From Candidatus Lloydbacteria bacterium RIFCSPHIGHO2_02_FULL_50_18 (lineage in GTDB: Bacteria > Patescibacteriota > Minisyncoccia > Phycocordibacterales > UBA6899), in NCBI GenBank assembly GCA_001821395.1, contig MHLM01000015.1, positions 1 through 64,000 of the forward strand: a DNA stretch of 64,000 nucleotides. Direction: 5' to 3'. The notes under the pieces are model-generated. The model ran no database searches. It was not told the origin of the DNA and saw nothing but the letters and a program-made list of their open reading frames with translations. Every line of letters starts with the position of its first letter. Position 1 is the stretch's first letter. Both the position numbers and the translations under genes were made by a program. This document shows positions 25,818-39,075 of this stretch, one piece after another.

Positions 25818-26783
25818 TCACCGTGACACGACACATAGTCCAATCACATGATCGAGAAATTCGGGAAACGCTACTCCCCCGGCCGCGAGCGCTTTAGGAA
25901 TGAGTGATTCATCAGTGAGTCCCGGGAGCGTATTGATCTCAAGCGTGTAGATACCATCATCGGAAATAATGAAGTCTGTACGAGAATAATGCCGTGCACC
26001 GATCGCTCGGTGCGCTTTGACCGCCATGTCGCGGAGTGTACTGTGCATCCCAAGCGTGAATCTTCCGGGGCATATCTCACTCGTCGCACCCCCATACTTC
26101 GCTTCGTAATCAAAAAATTCCTTGGAACCCTGCGGAACGATCTCGATCGGATAGAGGACAAAATATTCACCCTCCGCTCCGCTGTCAATGACGCACACGG
26201 TTGCCTCCTTTCCTGAAATGACATCTTCAACAAGCACATCACCGAATTGTGCGGCGATCTCTATTGCAGACGCCAGTTCCGGAAAAGAGCGCACGATCGT
26301 TGTACCAACGGACGACCCCCCCGTAACCGGCTTCACGATAAGCGGAAAATTTCTATTGCGGTAGATCTCAAAAGCGGCATCGGCAATATCCACCCCCCCA
26401 ACGACGATATCTCCACGGGGTACCAAAAGTCCGTTTTCCACAAAGCGCTCTTTTGCCAGACCCTTGTGCATACCGATGGCCGACGGTAGCGATGCGGAGC
26501 CTGTGTACGGCATGCCGAACTGTTCAAAAAGCTGTTGTATCTTCCCATCTTCACCGTACGTGCCATGAAGGGCGTTCCAAATGACGTCAACGTGGGCGGC
26601 GATATTCGCAAAGTCCGTCTGCATGCCGTTCATGAGCCACTCACCGCCTTTTGTTAAAATGATATCGACGGGAGCATATTTGTTTTGATCGAGACTACGC
26701 AGCACGTTAGCACCCGTATTGAGGGAGACCTCATATTCACTTGAGGGACCGCCGCGCACTACGCCAACACGGATCTTTTCCAT
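25818..26783 (-). CDS. ddl: D-alanine--D-alanine ligase
   Basis: ATP-grasp Ddl motifs (RVGVVRGGPSSEYEVSL, C-terminal EINTLPGLT). Start taken at MEKIRVGVV. Confidence 0.9.
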   Translation of the reverse strand: MEKIRVGVVRGGPSSEYEVSLNTGANVLRSLDQNKYAPVDIILTKGGEWLMNGMQTDFANIAAHVDVIWNALHGTYGEDGKIQQLFEQFGMPYTGSASLPSAIGMHKGLAKERFVENGLLVPRGDIVVGGVDIADAAFEIYRNRNFPLIVKPVTGGSSVGTTIVRSFPELASAIEIAAQFGDVLVEDVISGKEATVCVIDSGAEGEYFVLYPIEIVPQGSKEFFDYEAKYGGATSEICPGRFTLGMHSTLRDMAVKAHRAIGARHYSRTDFIISDDGIYTLEINTLPGLTDESLIPKALAAGGVAFPEFLDHVIGLCVVSR

Positions 26784-26816
26784 ACATCCATTATAACGCA
26801 AAAGGGACGTCGGGGG

Positions 26817-28091
26817 TTACTTTTTTGAGGGCGTTATCCTATCTCTCAACTGCCGATGATATGCAACCGCAAAACGATGGGACTCTGCATTACCGAGAAG
26901 AATGCCGCGCTTGTATGATTCTACGATCTCCTTGTTCCCCAGTATTGCCTTTGGTTTATGTCGTTCATCCTTAACGACACTGACGATATCGATCGAAGCA
27001 CCGAGTTCCTTCATTACCTTCTCGGCTCGCCGCTTTTGCGCGGTACTGCCGTCGATCACGAGCAGGTCCGGACTGGTCCATTCCGTGTGGCTGAATCTGC
27101 GGCGAAGCACCTCATCAAGATGCAGCGTATCATCGGACTTTTCGCTTTCAATACGGATCTTGAATTTACGATAATCACTCTTCTTTATGTGTCCGTCTTC
27201 GACCACCACCATGACACCGACCGTGTATTTTCCTCCGATGTGCGCTATGTCGTACGCTTCAATACGAAATGCTTTCCCTCGCTTTCGAGATGACTCGCGC
27301 GACACTTCGCGGATCTCATCACTGATCAGCGACACATCATTGATGTGCATCAGTCCGAACAGCGTGTTCTTGCATTCCTGCGCTTTTTCAAACTCATGTC
27401 TTTTCGCATGTGCATGCATCGCTTTTTCGACGCGCGTGAGAACGACCTTTTTCTTTCCTTCAAAGAATAGTGCAATATTACGGATCTGCTCACCGTAGTC
27501 CTTTGCGGAGATCTCGCCAGTGCAAACACCCGGACATAAGCCTATTTGGCGATTGAAACATGGCTTACCTTGATGCAGAGTGCCCGTCTGCCTGGGCAGG
27601 CAGGTATCTCTGAATGGAAAGATCTTGCGGATCAGTTTCAATGCCATAGCCAAATTCGTTCCGTGCGGAAACGGTCCGAAGATATATTTATATTTACTTT
27701 TGAGATCACTGTCTCCCGAAAGCATCGTGCGTTCGCGAATGCTTATGACACGCGGAAATTCTTCCTCAGTGATCACAATATAGTTAAAACTTTTATTATC
27801 CTTTTCTTTGGTGTTGTAATACGGCTGATGCTCTTTGATGAGGCTCGCCTCCAAGATCACGGCCTCGAGCACCGAATCGGTCGCTGTATGCATGACGCCC
27901 TTCGCGAGCGTGACCATGTCGACGATATGCTTTCCGCGCGTATGCAAAAGATCGTTCGCAAAATAACTGCGTACGCGATCGGCAAGCGATGTCGCTTTGC
28001 CGATATACATGATCCCACCTTTGGCATCGAGGAACCGATAGACCCCCGGCTTGTCGGGAAGTTTGGCTTTTTTCAGTTCTTCTTTGAGCAT
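26817..28091 (-). CDS. uvrC: excinuclease ABC subunit C, compact form apparently lacking the C-terminal (HhH)2 domain
   Basis: N-terminal GIY-YIG (PGVYRFLDAKGGIMYIGKA), a UVR-like helix, and the C-terminal RNase-H-like endonuclease region (IEAYDIAHIGG). Only 424 aa. Confidence 0.8.
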   Translation of the reverse strand: MLKEELKKAKLPDKPGVYRFLDAKGGIMYIGKATSLADRVRSYFANDLLHTRGKHIVDMVTLAKGVMHTATDSVLEAVILEASLIKEHQPYYNTKEKDNKSFNYIVITEEEFPRVISIRERTMLSGDSDLKSKYKYIFGPFPHGTNLAMALKLIRKIFPFRDTCLPRQTGTLHQGKPCFNRQIGLCPGVCTGEISAKDYGEQIRNIALFFEGKKKVVLTRVEKAMHAHAKRHEFEKAQECKNTLFGLMHINDVSLISDEIREVSRESSRKRGKAFRIEAYDIAHIGGKYTVGVMVVVEDGHIKKSDYRKFKIRIESEKSDDTLHLDEVLRRRFSHTEWTSPDLLVIDGSTAQKRRAEKVMKELGASIDIVSVVKDERHKPKAILGNKEIVESYKRGILLGNAESHRFAVAYHRQLRDRITPSKK

Positions 28092-28103
28092 GATCGCAGT
28101 TTA

Positions 28104-30752
28104 TTAGCGTTTCCCCTTTGCCAGCATTTTCTTCAGGTATTTGCCGGTATGCGACTTCGGATTATTAGCGACCTCCTCGGGAGTCCCCGTCGCGACGAGT
28201 TCCCCGCCGCCCGATCCGCCCTCCGGCCCGATATCAATAACGTAGTCCGACGACTTGATCACGTCGAGATTGTGCTCGATGAGAAGCACGGAATTGCCTT
28301 TATCAACAAGCGTCTGAAGGATCTCGATCAACTTTTTGACATCTTCATAGTGCAGACCGATCGTCGGCTCATCAAGCAGATACATCGTGCGCTGCATGAG
28401 CGGTCGATACAGTTCTGAGGCGATCTTCACGCGCTGTGCTTCTCCACCCGAGAGCGTGGTTGCCGACTGACCCAACTCCAAATAGCCGAGGCCGACGTCC
28501 ATCATCGACTTCAACCTGTCGGATATCGCGGGAATATCCTCAAAGAATGTTGTCGCCTCCTCTACGGTCATCTTCAGTACTTCATAGATATTCTTCTTCT
28601 TGAATTTGACCTCGAGTGTTTCTTTCTGGAATCGTTTCCCCTGACAAACGTCACAGAGCACATAGACCGTGGGCAAGAAATGCATTTCGACGGCGATCAT
28701 GCCGTTTCCCTCGCATGCTTCACAACGCCCTCCTTTTACATTGAAAGAAAAACGTGAAGGCTTCCAGCCGCGCACCTTTGCCTCCTCGGTCTCCGCGAAG
28801 ATATCACGAATGAATGTCCACGCTCCCGTGTAGGTCGCGGGATTCGAGCGAGGTGTCCGTCCGATCGGCGATTGATCGATCAAGATCGTACGATGGAGAT
28901 ACTCGGACCCCAAAAATGATGCGCAGTTATATGTCTTCGCTGAGCGATATTTGCGGTCGAAACGTGCCTGAAGATTCTTGTGCACGAGCTCATAGAGCAA
29001 CGTCGACTTTCCCGAGCCCGACACCCCCGTGACCGTTACGAGTCGTCCGAGAGGGATATCGACATTCATGTGCTTGATATTGAACGCCTTTCCGCCGCGT
29101 ATCTGCAAGGCACCCTTCTCTTTTTCTCGCCTTTTTTCCGGAATGGGAATGCTCTTGTCTCCGCGCAGATAATCGAGCGTGAGCGAATGCTCTTTTTTAT
29201 TGAGGAGGAGATCTTCAAGATAACCGGCTGCGACAACATGTCCGCCGTGCACACCCGCACCGGGACCGATATCAATCAGATAATCGGATGCAAAAATAGT
29301 ATCTTCATCGTGTTCCACGGTAATAATGGTATTGCCGATGTCACAAAGCTCGCGAAGGGTCTTGATCAGTCTATCATTATCTTTCTGATGCAGACCGATC
29401 GTCGGTTCATCGAGCACATAGAGCGCACCGACCAAGCGGGAGCCCAGCTGTGATGCGAGACGGATGCGCTGCGCTTCTCCTCCCGAAAGCGTGTTGGCGC
29501 GCCTTCCAAGCGTCAGATAGCCGATACCGACGTCGAGCATGAAGGACAAGCGGGACTGGATCTCCTTTATGACCACGTTGGAGATTTCACGCTCGGTCGG
29601 CGTGAGTTTCAATGTTCTGAAATATGCGTCCGCCTCTTCGATCGACATGTCGGTGATGTCGACAATGTTCTTTCCCGTCTCGATGGCCACGCTTCCTTCT
29701 TTGGTATTTTTGCTTTTCTCTTTTTTTTCACCTCCGATGCGCACATGAAGCGCTTCTTCGCGGAGCCGCGCTCCGTGACACACCTCACAGACCTCATCAC
29801 CGAAAAAATGCTTTGTCCCAAGTCCGTTACACCCCTGACATGCGCCTGCAGGAGAATTGAACGAGAACAGTCTCGGCTCGACTTCAGGATAAGAAAATCC
29901 GTCGTCCGGACAGGCGAATTTTGCCGACATGAGGATGTCGTCCTCACCGATGACGAGACGCACCAACCCTTCCGTCTCGTCGAGCCCGCGCTCAACTGCT
30001 TCGGCTAAACGCTCACGAACACCCTTCACGTTGTCGGTGAATTCGGAAACGAAGAACTCATCGACGAGAATGTCGATGTCGTGTTTCTTGGTCTTTGTGA
30101 GAACGATCTGCTCGCGAAGATTCTTTTGTTTCCCATCGATGCGCGCCTTGATGTACCCCTTTGAAAGAAAATCGTAGAGCAACTGATAGTACTCGCCCTT
30201 CCTGCCGCGAACGACGGGCGCATAGATCCCAACTTTTAGCGTTGAGTAGGAAACTCCGAGTACGACATCCTTTGCCTCGTGTTTGCCGATCTCTTCCACC
30301 TTCTCGATCACAAAATTCATGATCTCCTCATTAGTGAGACGCTTAATGGGCTTTCCACAGGTAAGACAGTGCGGGATACCGATGCGCGCATAAAGCACGC
30401 GCAAATAGTCGTAGATCTCCGTGATCGTCGCAACCGTCGAACGCGGGTTCGATGAGTGCGATTTCTGATCGATCGAAATTGCGGGTGAAAGTCCGACGAT
30501 CTCGTCGACGTCCGGCTTCTGCATCTGATGAAGGAATTGTCGCGCATAGGCAGACAGTGACTCTACGTAACGCCGCTGACCTTCGGCAAAAATCGTATCA
30601 AAAGCAAGCGAAGACTTCCCGGACCCCGAAAGGCCGGTGATCACCACCATCTTGTTTCGAGGCATTTCAACGGTGATATTCTTGAGATTGTGCGTGCGTG
30701 CGCCGCGCACGATGATACTTCCCAATTCCTTTGTTTTGTGTTTTTCGTTCAT
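28104..30752 (-). CDS. uvrA: excinuclease ABC subunit A
   Basis: Two ABC ATPase modules ([23 protein letters not shown]), zinc-finger CxxC pairs, signature motifs. Confidence 0.9.
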   Translation of the reverse strand: MNEKHKTKELGSIIVRGARTHNLKNITVEMPRNKMVVITGLSGSGKSSLAFDTIFAEGQRRYVESLSAYARQFLHQMQKPDVDEIVGLSPAISIDQKSHSSNPRSTVATITEIYDYLRVLYARIGIPHCLTCGKPIKRLTNEEIMNFVIEKVEEIGKHEAKDVVLGVSYSTLKVGIYAPVVRGRKGEYYQLLYDFLSKGYIKARIDGKQKNLREQIVLTKTKKHDIDILVDEFFVSEFTDNVKGVRERLAEAVERGLDETEGLVRLVIGEDDILMSAKFACPDDGFSYPEVEPRLFSFNSPAGACQGCNGLGTKHFFGDEVCEVCHGARLREEALHVRIGGEKKEKSKNTKEGSVAIETGKNIVDITDMSIEEADAYFRTLKLTPTEREISNVVIKEIQSRLSFMLDVGIGYLTLGRRANTLSGGEAQRIRLASQLGSRLVGALYVLDEPTIGLHQKDNDRLIKTLRELCDIGNTIITVEHDEDTIFASDYLIDIGPGAGVHGGHVVAAGYLEDLLLNKKEHSLTLDYLRGDKSIPIPEKRREKEKGALQIRGGKAFNIKHMNVDIPLGRLVTVTGVSGSGKSTLLYELVHKNLQARFDRKYRSAKTYNCASFLGSEYLHRTILIDQSPIGRTPRSNPATYTGAWTFIRDIFAETEEAKVRGWKPSRFSFNVKGGRCEACEGNGMIAVEMHFLPTVYVLCDVCQGKRFQKETLEVKFKKKNIYEVLKMTVEEATTFFEDIPAISDRLKSMMDVGLGYLELGQSATTLSGGEAQRVKIASELYRPLMQRTMYLLDEPTIGLHYEDVKKLIEILQTLVDKGNSVLLIEHNLDVIKSSDYVIDIGPEGGSGGGELVATGTPEEVANNPKSHTGKYLKKMLAKGKR

Positions 30753-30842
30753 GAAGTGAGCGCAATACTAACACATTTTTGTAAAAATGCAATGTCATAC
30801 CAACTGACTTTCTCCGGGATCAGCGCCGTCCGATCCTATCGA

Positions 30843-31700
30843 TCATTGCTTATGCGGAGTCACAACCATTTTTTTGACCTCCGCGACGATCTCATCAAGA
30901 GTGTAATTCGCCTTCACCATGAACTGGTCCGCTCCCCCCTTTAGCGCCTTTTCAATATCTTCGCGCTGTCCGAAATTTGAAAGCATGGATACTTTTGTTT
31001 GTGCCAAAGCGGGATTCGCGCGAACACGACTCAGCACTTCAAAGCCATCGATACCCGGCAAAAGAATGTCGAGCAGTATAATGTCCGGTATTTCCTTCTC
31101 AGCAAATTCGACGCCCTGCTCACCGTCAACGGCAGCCACGACGTTAAAACCTTCCTTTGCTATCTTCTGAAGCGCAAGATCACGCAAGAATTTATCATCC
31201 TCAATGACCAATACCTTGATGGAAGATGCTTCGCGCGGTTCTGCACTTGCAGTCGCCGATGTTGCCGCACCCACCAGAGATGCCGACACGGATGGCACTG
31301 CGACTGCGCCCGCTACAGGAAGGACTTTTGCGATCTTTTGCAGTATCTGCGTAGTATCATTTTTGGATTTTACAAAATAATCCTTTACCCCAAGCTTAAT
31401 GGCGACTGCGATCTCCACCAGATCGCCGCTCTGCGAAGCGGCAATGACCGGCACGAGTGCGATGCGTTCGTCTGCCTGTGCGCGGATCGCCTCAAGCATG
31501 GCGATGTTGTTTTCACCGTTCATTCCGACATCGACGATCAGTAATTCCGGAATGGCGACCGAAAAAACATCCCTCAATGACGGTTCATCATGAGCCAATA
31601 GTACGCGATATCCAGCTTCCTTAAGTACTCCAGAAAGCCTTGTTGTAAATTCCTCGTCAATGGAAATAATGAGGATTGTTCTTGTTTGTTCGTCGGTCAT
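30843..31700 (-). CDS. two-component response regulator with tandem receiver (REC-REC) domains and no output domain
   Basis: Two CheY-like modules; the second has canonical DIILLDILLPGIDG. Alanine-rich linker. Confidence 0.75.
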   Translation of the reverse strand: MTDEQTRTILIISIDEEFTTRLSGVLKEAGYRVLLAHDEPSLRDVFSVAIPELLIVDVGMNGENNIAMLEAIRAQADERIALVPVIAASQSGDLVEIAVAIKLGVKDYFVKSKNDTTQILQKIAKVLPVAGAVAVPSVSASLVGAATSATASAEPREASSIKVLVIEDDKFLRDLALQKIAKEGFNVVAAVDGEQGVEFAEKEIPDIILLDILLPGIDGFEVLSRVRANPALAQTKVSMLSNFGQREDIEKALKGGADQFMVKANYTLDEIVAEVKKMVVTPHKQ

Positions 31701-31735
31701 AATGTAGGTGATAATATTATAGCACGTGCCGGGAA

Positions 31736-33169
31736 TTAAATGTTCAAGGGCAATACAACATGAAAGGTTGAACCCTCCCCCAGCACACTCTCAAACCACA
31801 TTCTTCCCGAATGTCGCTTGACGATAGTCTGCGCAATAAAGAGCCCCAATCCCGACCCATCTGTCTCCGTGTGCGTGGCATTCGTTGCTCGAAAAAATCT
31901 TGCAAATATCTTATCCGACTCCTCCGGTGGTATACCAATACCGTTGTCTTTCACCCAAAAATGCAGTTCATCATCTTCTTGTGCGACACCCACCAATATC
32001 ACCCCGTCTTTTTTCGTGTATTTGATCGCATTGTCGATAAGATTCTGGAGTACGTCATGCATCTTATCCACGTCTACCTTAATCTTGGGGAGCAGGTCCT
32101 TCGGGGATGAAAATTCGATCCGGATGTTCTTCCGCGTCGCAAGAGTCAGCAGATTCCTGATCATTTCCTGCACAATGTCCTCGAACTGTACGGGGACAAA
32201 AGCATATTTAATCTTTCCGGACTCTAAGCGATCGACAGAGAGCATATCGTTGACGAGCTTGATCATCCGCTCATTCGAATCAAATCCTTTTTGTAGGAGT
32301 TCCTGCTGCTGATCGGTCAATACTCCGGCATCTTTGTCGAGCAGTATCTTCAGCGTCCACTTGATCGCGGAAAGGGGTGTCCGCAGCTGATGCGCCACGA
32401 CAGAAATGATCTCGGACTTCATTTTATCCAACTGGATCAATTTTTCGTTTGCACTCGTGAGCTCCAAGTCACGACGCACCAACAACTTTGCGCTTTGATC
32501 AAATCCTTTAGTTAATTTTTCGAGTCGATCGATCTGACTTTCCTCGCGACTGATCTGTTCCTGAAAAAGTTCATCGCGAGCATCGATCAAGCGAGAAATA
32601 TACCCGCCAAAAAAACCAGTGAGCACATAGAGGAGTGAAATGACTCCGGACTTGAGCAGCACATTGGTCAGATCATGAGAAAAAAGACGTGACGTATCCC
32701 CGATCAGCAATTCAGTGATGATACCCGAATGCAATAATACGGAAAGAAAAACGAGAAAACTGGCTGCAATCGCAACGGAGATCGCTCCGCGAAAACCAAA
32801 AATGATCATCGACACGACGATGGGGACAAAAAAGAACGAGTGTCCGATACTTTCAACCCCGCCACCTGTGAACATCATGATAATGAAAAAAAACACCATA
32901 TCGACGCCAACCTGCGCCATATTCAGTGTATTCACTCGTGCTTCCGTTATGTGCTCCGTATCGATCCTCTTGATGGCGAGAACGAATATCCAGTTACACA
33001 ACAATACGATGGTGAGCGAAGCGATAAGGATGCCAAGCGCATTCGATCCGCCGGTACCGTCCTGAGCAATAAGTCCTAAAAAAAATGCCAATAGCGCGTA
33101 ATACCAACGGGCATCGACGATCCAACGCATCGATTGTAAGCGAGCTTCACCGTGTGGTTGATTTTGCAT
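31736..33169 (-). CDS. sensor histidine kinase (polytopic N-terminal sensor, HisKA and HATPase_c domains)
   Basis: H-box AHQLRTPLSAI. N box NLIDNAIKYT. G boxes DNGIGIP and GSGLGL. Confidence 0.85.
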   Translation of the reverse strand: MQNQPHGEARLQSMRWIVDARWYYALLAFFLGLIAQDGTGGSNALGILIASLTIVLLCNWIFVLAIKRIDTEHITEARVNTLNMAQVGVDMVFFFIIMMFTGGGVESIGHSFFFVPIVVSMIIFGFRGAISVAIAASFLVFLSVLLHSGIITELLIGDTSRLFSHDLTNVLLKSGVISLLYVLTGFFGGYISRLIDARDELFQEQISREESQIDRLEKLTKGFDQSAKLLVRRDLELTSANEKLIQLDKMKSEIISVVAHQLRTPLSAIKWTLKILLDKDAGVLTDQQQELLQKGFDSNERMIKLVNDMLSVDRLESGKIKYAFVPVQFEDIVQEMIRNLLTLATRKNIRIEFSSPKDLLPKIKVDVDKMHDVLQNLIDNAIKYTKKDGVILVGVAQEDDELHFWVKDNGIGIPPEESDKIFARFFRATNATHTETDGSGLGLFIAQTIVKRHSGRMWFESVLGEGSTFHVVLPLNI

Positions 33170-33200
33170 GATACTGCTCTAATATTACGCGATAATGCAC

Positions 33201-34379
33201 CTATTCGGCAATAGCCCAAATGAGCAAAGAGCCGTTATGGAATTGTAAGTCCGGTCCGGATTGACCGCCGACCTGAGCGTAACTATAGAACCCCACCATG
33301 GGCACGTCCCTTCCAAGAATACGCTGAATGACCTCGATCTCTTCGTCGACGCGTAGTCCAAACATCTTTTTTCGTGAAACAGAATTGATAATGATGACTG
33401 CTTTTGGTTTTTTTCCGTTCAATTTTTTTATTACTTCATTTGCGGCAAGTTCTGCGGTCTCGAGTCCACGTTCGACGTCCGAGATCATGAGGCGGATCTC
33501 AGCACCGACGGGTATTGCCGATGCAAAGGTCATTCCGCCCTTTTGGTCAACGAATATCGGGTTACGTAAAAGTACTTCTTCACTGTCGGACAAATAAACA
33601 CCCAAAGGGTACGACGTGGCGAGGGATGGAAGCAACCCGACATGCAGATCATGGGTATGCTCAAGTCCGAAATAATCTTCATAGATCGATGTCGCGGGCT
33701 TTCCATCCAACTCAAGCAGTGTGGTCCCCTCGGAGCGGGTCACCTTGCGTGCGATCCCGATGGGAAGAAACCCGTGCATGGCGACTGCTGCCGCTTGATA
33801 CTCTCCGGAAAGACCCAACCCAACGATAGAGCCTCGATATGCTTTGTTTTGAAAGTATTGATAGGTCTCGAAGAAAAGAAGATCGTCACTCGCAACCCCA
33901 CCGCAAACGGGGAACGACGGGCCGAGTTTGCTCATGAAACCGCCAATGGTCGCATCTGCATTCCCCGATAATACATCGAGAAATGTTAAGCAGGAGCTCA
34001 TATATCCGCGTGAGTTATACTGGAGCGTATTCGCACATTCTTCACCCGCCTTTTTAGGGTTCCAGAGAATATGATTCCCCATCGCGCCCCAAAATTGCAC
34101 CTGATCTGAAGAGATCGCCATGATCACCACACTACCTTCAGAGGAAATTCCCTCGCTTGAGATCTCTCCCGCGGATGAACATCCGACGATGACGGCATCG
34201 GACGCGAGCTCTCCGACCCCGTCGAGCATCTTGTCCTGGTCAAGTGCGATCGAACAAAAAACGATGAGCGCATCCGCCTTCTTCCCAGGAGGCAAACCGG
34301 AGAGCGCGGCCGCGCACGCCTCTCTTCCTGCTTTTTGCGGATCTTTTCCTGTCCCAACTCCGATACTTGCGGCTATCAT
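33201..34379 (-). CDS. FIST-domain sensory protein (FIST_N + FIST_C), first gene of the FIST-HK-RR operon
   Basis: 392 aa soluble protein. Pattern recognition only, plus co-operonic two-component context. Confidence 0.5.
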   Translation of the reverse strand: MIAASIGVGTGKDPQKAGREACAAALSGLPPGKKADALIVFCSIALDQDKMLDGVGELASDAVIVGCSSAGEISSEGISSEGSVVIMAISSDQVQFWGAMGNHILWNPKKAGEECANTLQYNSRGYMSSCLTFLDVLSGNADATIGGFMSKLGPSFPVCGGVASDDLLFFETYQYFQNKAYRGSIVGLGLSGEYQAAAVAMHGFLPIGIARKVTRSEGTTLLELDGKPATSIYEDYFGLEHTHDLHVGLLPSLATSYPLGVYLSDSEEVLLRNPIFVDQKGGMTFASAIPVGAEIRLMISDVERGLETAELAANEVIKKLNGKKPKAVIIINSVSRKKMFGLRVDEEIEVIQRILGRDVPMVGFYSYAQVGGQSGPDLQFHNGSLLIWAIAE

Positions 34380-34453
34380 AAAAAGAAGTATACCATTTTC
34401 AAGCCCTAGGGAGGTCGTTATTCACACCATGACGGCAACGTATACGACGATAT

Positions 34454-36511
<2,058 letters not shown>

Positions 36512-36614
36512 GATAGCATAAAGTTGTCATTTCAGCAACGCATGCGCATGCCTCCTACTTCCCCTTACGATAGGTTTCAGTATACTAAACACAGACAAGG
36601 ATTGGAGGGGTACC

Positions 36615-36842
36615 ATGCCGAACATTTGCGGAAAACCGATCTTTCCTCTGCGCGGCTTCATTCCGATCGGACACTGCGGTCTCATCGAGTATCATGATGG
36701 AAAATGTATGATGCAGATTGAGACAAAAAGCGACGCGATGCAGACGAAGCAGCTCGACATCGATCTCCGAGACCTATGGAAACCGATAAGGGATCTTCCC
36801 GATGGTCATACACCCTGTTTTCCGTTCGCGTATGAAACGTAG
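36615..36842 (+). CDS. hypothetical small protein
   Basis: 75-aa ORF with GGAGG 7 nt upstream of ATG, transcribed divergently from uvrB. Confidence 0.4.
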   Translation: MPNICGKPIFPLRGFIPIGHCGLIEYHDGKCMMQIETKSDAMQTKQLDIDLRDLWKPIRDLPDGHTPCFPFAYET

Positions 36843-36876
36843 CACATGTTCCGCCGAATATATATCGGCGGAACTT

Positions 36877-38073
36877 TTATTTAGTATAGAAATCTCTGAG
36901 TGTTCGCTCTTTCAATACTTCGTACGTCCCGTCGAATAACGAGAGGCGTATCCGTTCGACCAAACTGACCGCAAAATACAAATTATGAATGGAGCCGAGT
37001 GCGGCACCGAGCATCTCGTCCTCACGAAAGAGGTGTGCGAGATACGCGCGCGTATGATTTGTGCAGGTATAACATCCGCAGTCATCTTCGACAGGAGTAT
37101 GATCGTCGATATATTTCGCATTCGTGATGTTCATACGCCCATGCTTTGTATACAAGGAACCGTTCCTCCCCAATCGTGTCGGCGAAACGCAATCGAACGT
37201 ATCCACGCCGGCTTCGATGCCGTAAAAGAAATCGATCGGCTCACCGATACCCAACAGATGCCGGGGTTTATTCTCGGGAAGTATCGCATTCACCCATCGG
37301 ACAGCGGTGCCGATGTCGTCCTTACTGAATGACCCTCCGATGCCGAAACCGTCAAAATCCATTGCGCCGATCGTTCGTGCGGCCTCTTCCCGCAGATCGC
37401 GATGTTTTCCTCCCTGGATCACGCCAAAGAGTGCCTGGTCCCCGCCCAATGATCGATGCTCCGCAAGGCTACGCTTCGCCCATTCGTGAGTGCGGTCGAG
37501 TGATGCTTTTTGCTTGTCATACGGTGCATGCGGTGAGGTGCATTCATCGAACGCGACAATGATGTCAGCACCGATGTTGTGCTGGATCTGAATAGACCGT
37601 TCAGGCGTAAAGCGGTGTGAGCTTCCGTCGCGATGTGACTTGAAGGTGACCCCTTCATCGTCAATCGTTGCAAGCTGTCCGTGATCGCTCTCCGTATCTT
37701 CCTGATTCTCCTCTTCACTCGCCACCTTACCGATTCCCTTTCCATATGCAACTCCGAGTGAGAACACCTGGAATCCGCCCGAGTCGGTGAATGTGGGGCC
37801 ATCCCAGTTCATGAATTTACCGAGCCCGCCCGCCCTCTTCACCAGCTCATCACCCGGAGCGAGGTAGAGGTGATAGGTGTTCGAAAGAACAATTTGCGCT
37901 CCGATACTCTTTACCTGCTCCATCGTGAGAGACTTCACGGTTGCCTTCGTCCCGACAACGATGAACGCCGGTGTCCTGATATCGCCGTGCGGTGTATGAA
38001 TGATTCCCGCGCGCGCGAGTGAACCCCCTCCGACCTTTTTCTCTATGGTGAAACCGAATTTCTTTGAATTCAT
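36877..38073 (-). CDS. tgt: queuine tRNA-ribosyltransferase
   Basis: TGT TIM-barrel motifs and C-terminal zinc site CGCYTCTNH...H. Start set at MNSKKFGF; the longer ORF has a non-homologous N-terminal extension. Confidence 0.85.
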   Translation of the reverse strand: MNSKKFGFTIEKKVGGGSLARAGIIHTPHGDIRTPAFIVVGTKATVKSLTMEQVKSIGAQIVLSNTYHLYLAPGDELVKRAGGLGKFMNWDGPTFTDSGGFQVFSLGVAYGKGIGKVASEEENQEDTESDHGQLATIDDEGVTFKSHRDGSSHRFTPERSIQIQHNIGADIIVAFDECTSPHAPYDKQKASLDRTHEWAKRSLAEHRSLGGDQALFGVIQGGKHRDLREEAARTIGAMDFDGFGIGGSFSKDDIGTAVRWVNAILPENKPRHLLGIGEPIDFFYGIEAGVDTFDCVSPTRLGRNGSLYTKHGRMNITNAKYIDDHTPVEDDCGCYTCTNHTRAYLAHLFREDEMLGAALGSIHNLYFAVSLVERIRLSLFDGTYEVLKERTLRDFYTK

Positions 38074-38124
38074 GATAATGATGACTATACCACGTAGGGA
38101 AAAATTCATGATATATTTACGCAC

Positions 38125-39042
38125 ATGAAACAATACCTGGACTACCTGCGCACGATAAAAGAAAAAGGGGCTAAAAAAGAGGACCGCACGGGGACCGGGA
38201 CGGTCAGCGTCTTCGGGCATCAAATGCGTTTTGACCTCTCGGAAGGACTACCGCTCACAACGACAAAAAAGTTGCCGATCAAAACGATCATTCATGAACT
38301 ACTGTGGTTTCTGAAAGGTGACTCGAATCTCCGCTACCTCGCACAAAATAATGTGCATATCTGGGACGAATGGCCGTACAAAGCGTATCTCGTTCGCAAT
38401 GGCCTGCCGGTACCTAAAACCGATTCGGACGAATGGAAAATGGGGATTGCCGCATTCGTCGAGAAGATCAAAACAGATGATGCATTCGCAAAAGATTTCG
38501 GTGAACTTGGTCCGATCTACGGATACCAGTGGCGCAGCTGGCCGACCCCGAAAGGCGGTCACATTGATCAGATCGCACAGGTCATCGCACAGATAAAGAA
38601 TAATCCCGATTCCCGCCGCATGATCGTGTCTGCCTGGAACGTTGCCGACATCGAGGAGATGGCGAAGGCGGGACTTCCGCCCTGCCACTGTCTATTTCAG
38701 TTCTATGTCGCCGACGGAAAACTCTCATGCCAGCTCTATCAGCGCAGCTGCGACTCTTTTCTTGGTGTTCCCTTCAACATCGCATCGTATGCACTCCTGA
38801 CCGAGATGATCGCGCATGTCACAGGACTCACCCCCGGTGAATTCATTTGGACGGGGGGCGATTGCCATATCTACAACAATCATTTTGAGCAAGTGGCGGA
38901 GCAGCTCGCTCGCACCCCGCGCACACTTCCCCGACTCGTGATCAATCGCAAGGTCGATTCGATCTTCGACTTTCACATAGATGACTTTGACATCGTTGGA
39001 TACGACCCTCTGCCTGCCATCAAAGCCCCAATTGCCGTCTGA
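38125..39042 (+). CDS. thyA: thymidylate synthase
   Basis: ThyA motifs including the catalytic Cys context [12 protein letters not shown] and the C-terminal GDCHIY. Confidence 0.9.
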   Translation: MKQYLDYLRTIKEKGAKKEDRTGTGTVSVFGHQMRFDLSEGLPLTTTKKLPIKTIIHELLWFLKGDSNLRYLAQNNVHIWDEWPYKAYLVRNGLPVPKTDSDEWKMGIAAFVEKIKTDDAFAKDFGELGPIYGYQWRSWPTPKGGHIDQIAQVIAQIKNNPDSRRMIVSAWNVADIEEMAKAGLPPCHCLFQFYVADGKLSCQLYQRSCDSFLGVPFNIASYALLTEMIAHVTGLTPGEFIWTGGDCHIYNNHFEQVAEQLARTPRTLPRLVINRKVDSIFDFHIDDFDIVGYDPLPAIKAPIAV

Positions 39043-39075
39043 TCATAGTTGCGCTACTTTTTATTTTTTCTCCAC

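Noticed and set aside
27546-28418. 290-aa plus-strand ORF
   Set aside because: Antisense to the uvrC/uvrA junction; both minus-strand genes have clear conserved motifs.
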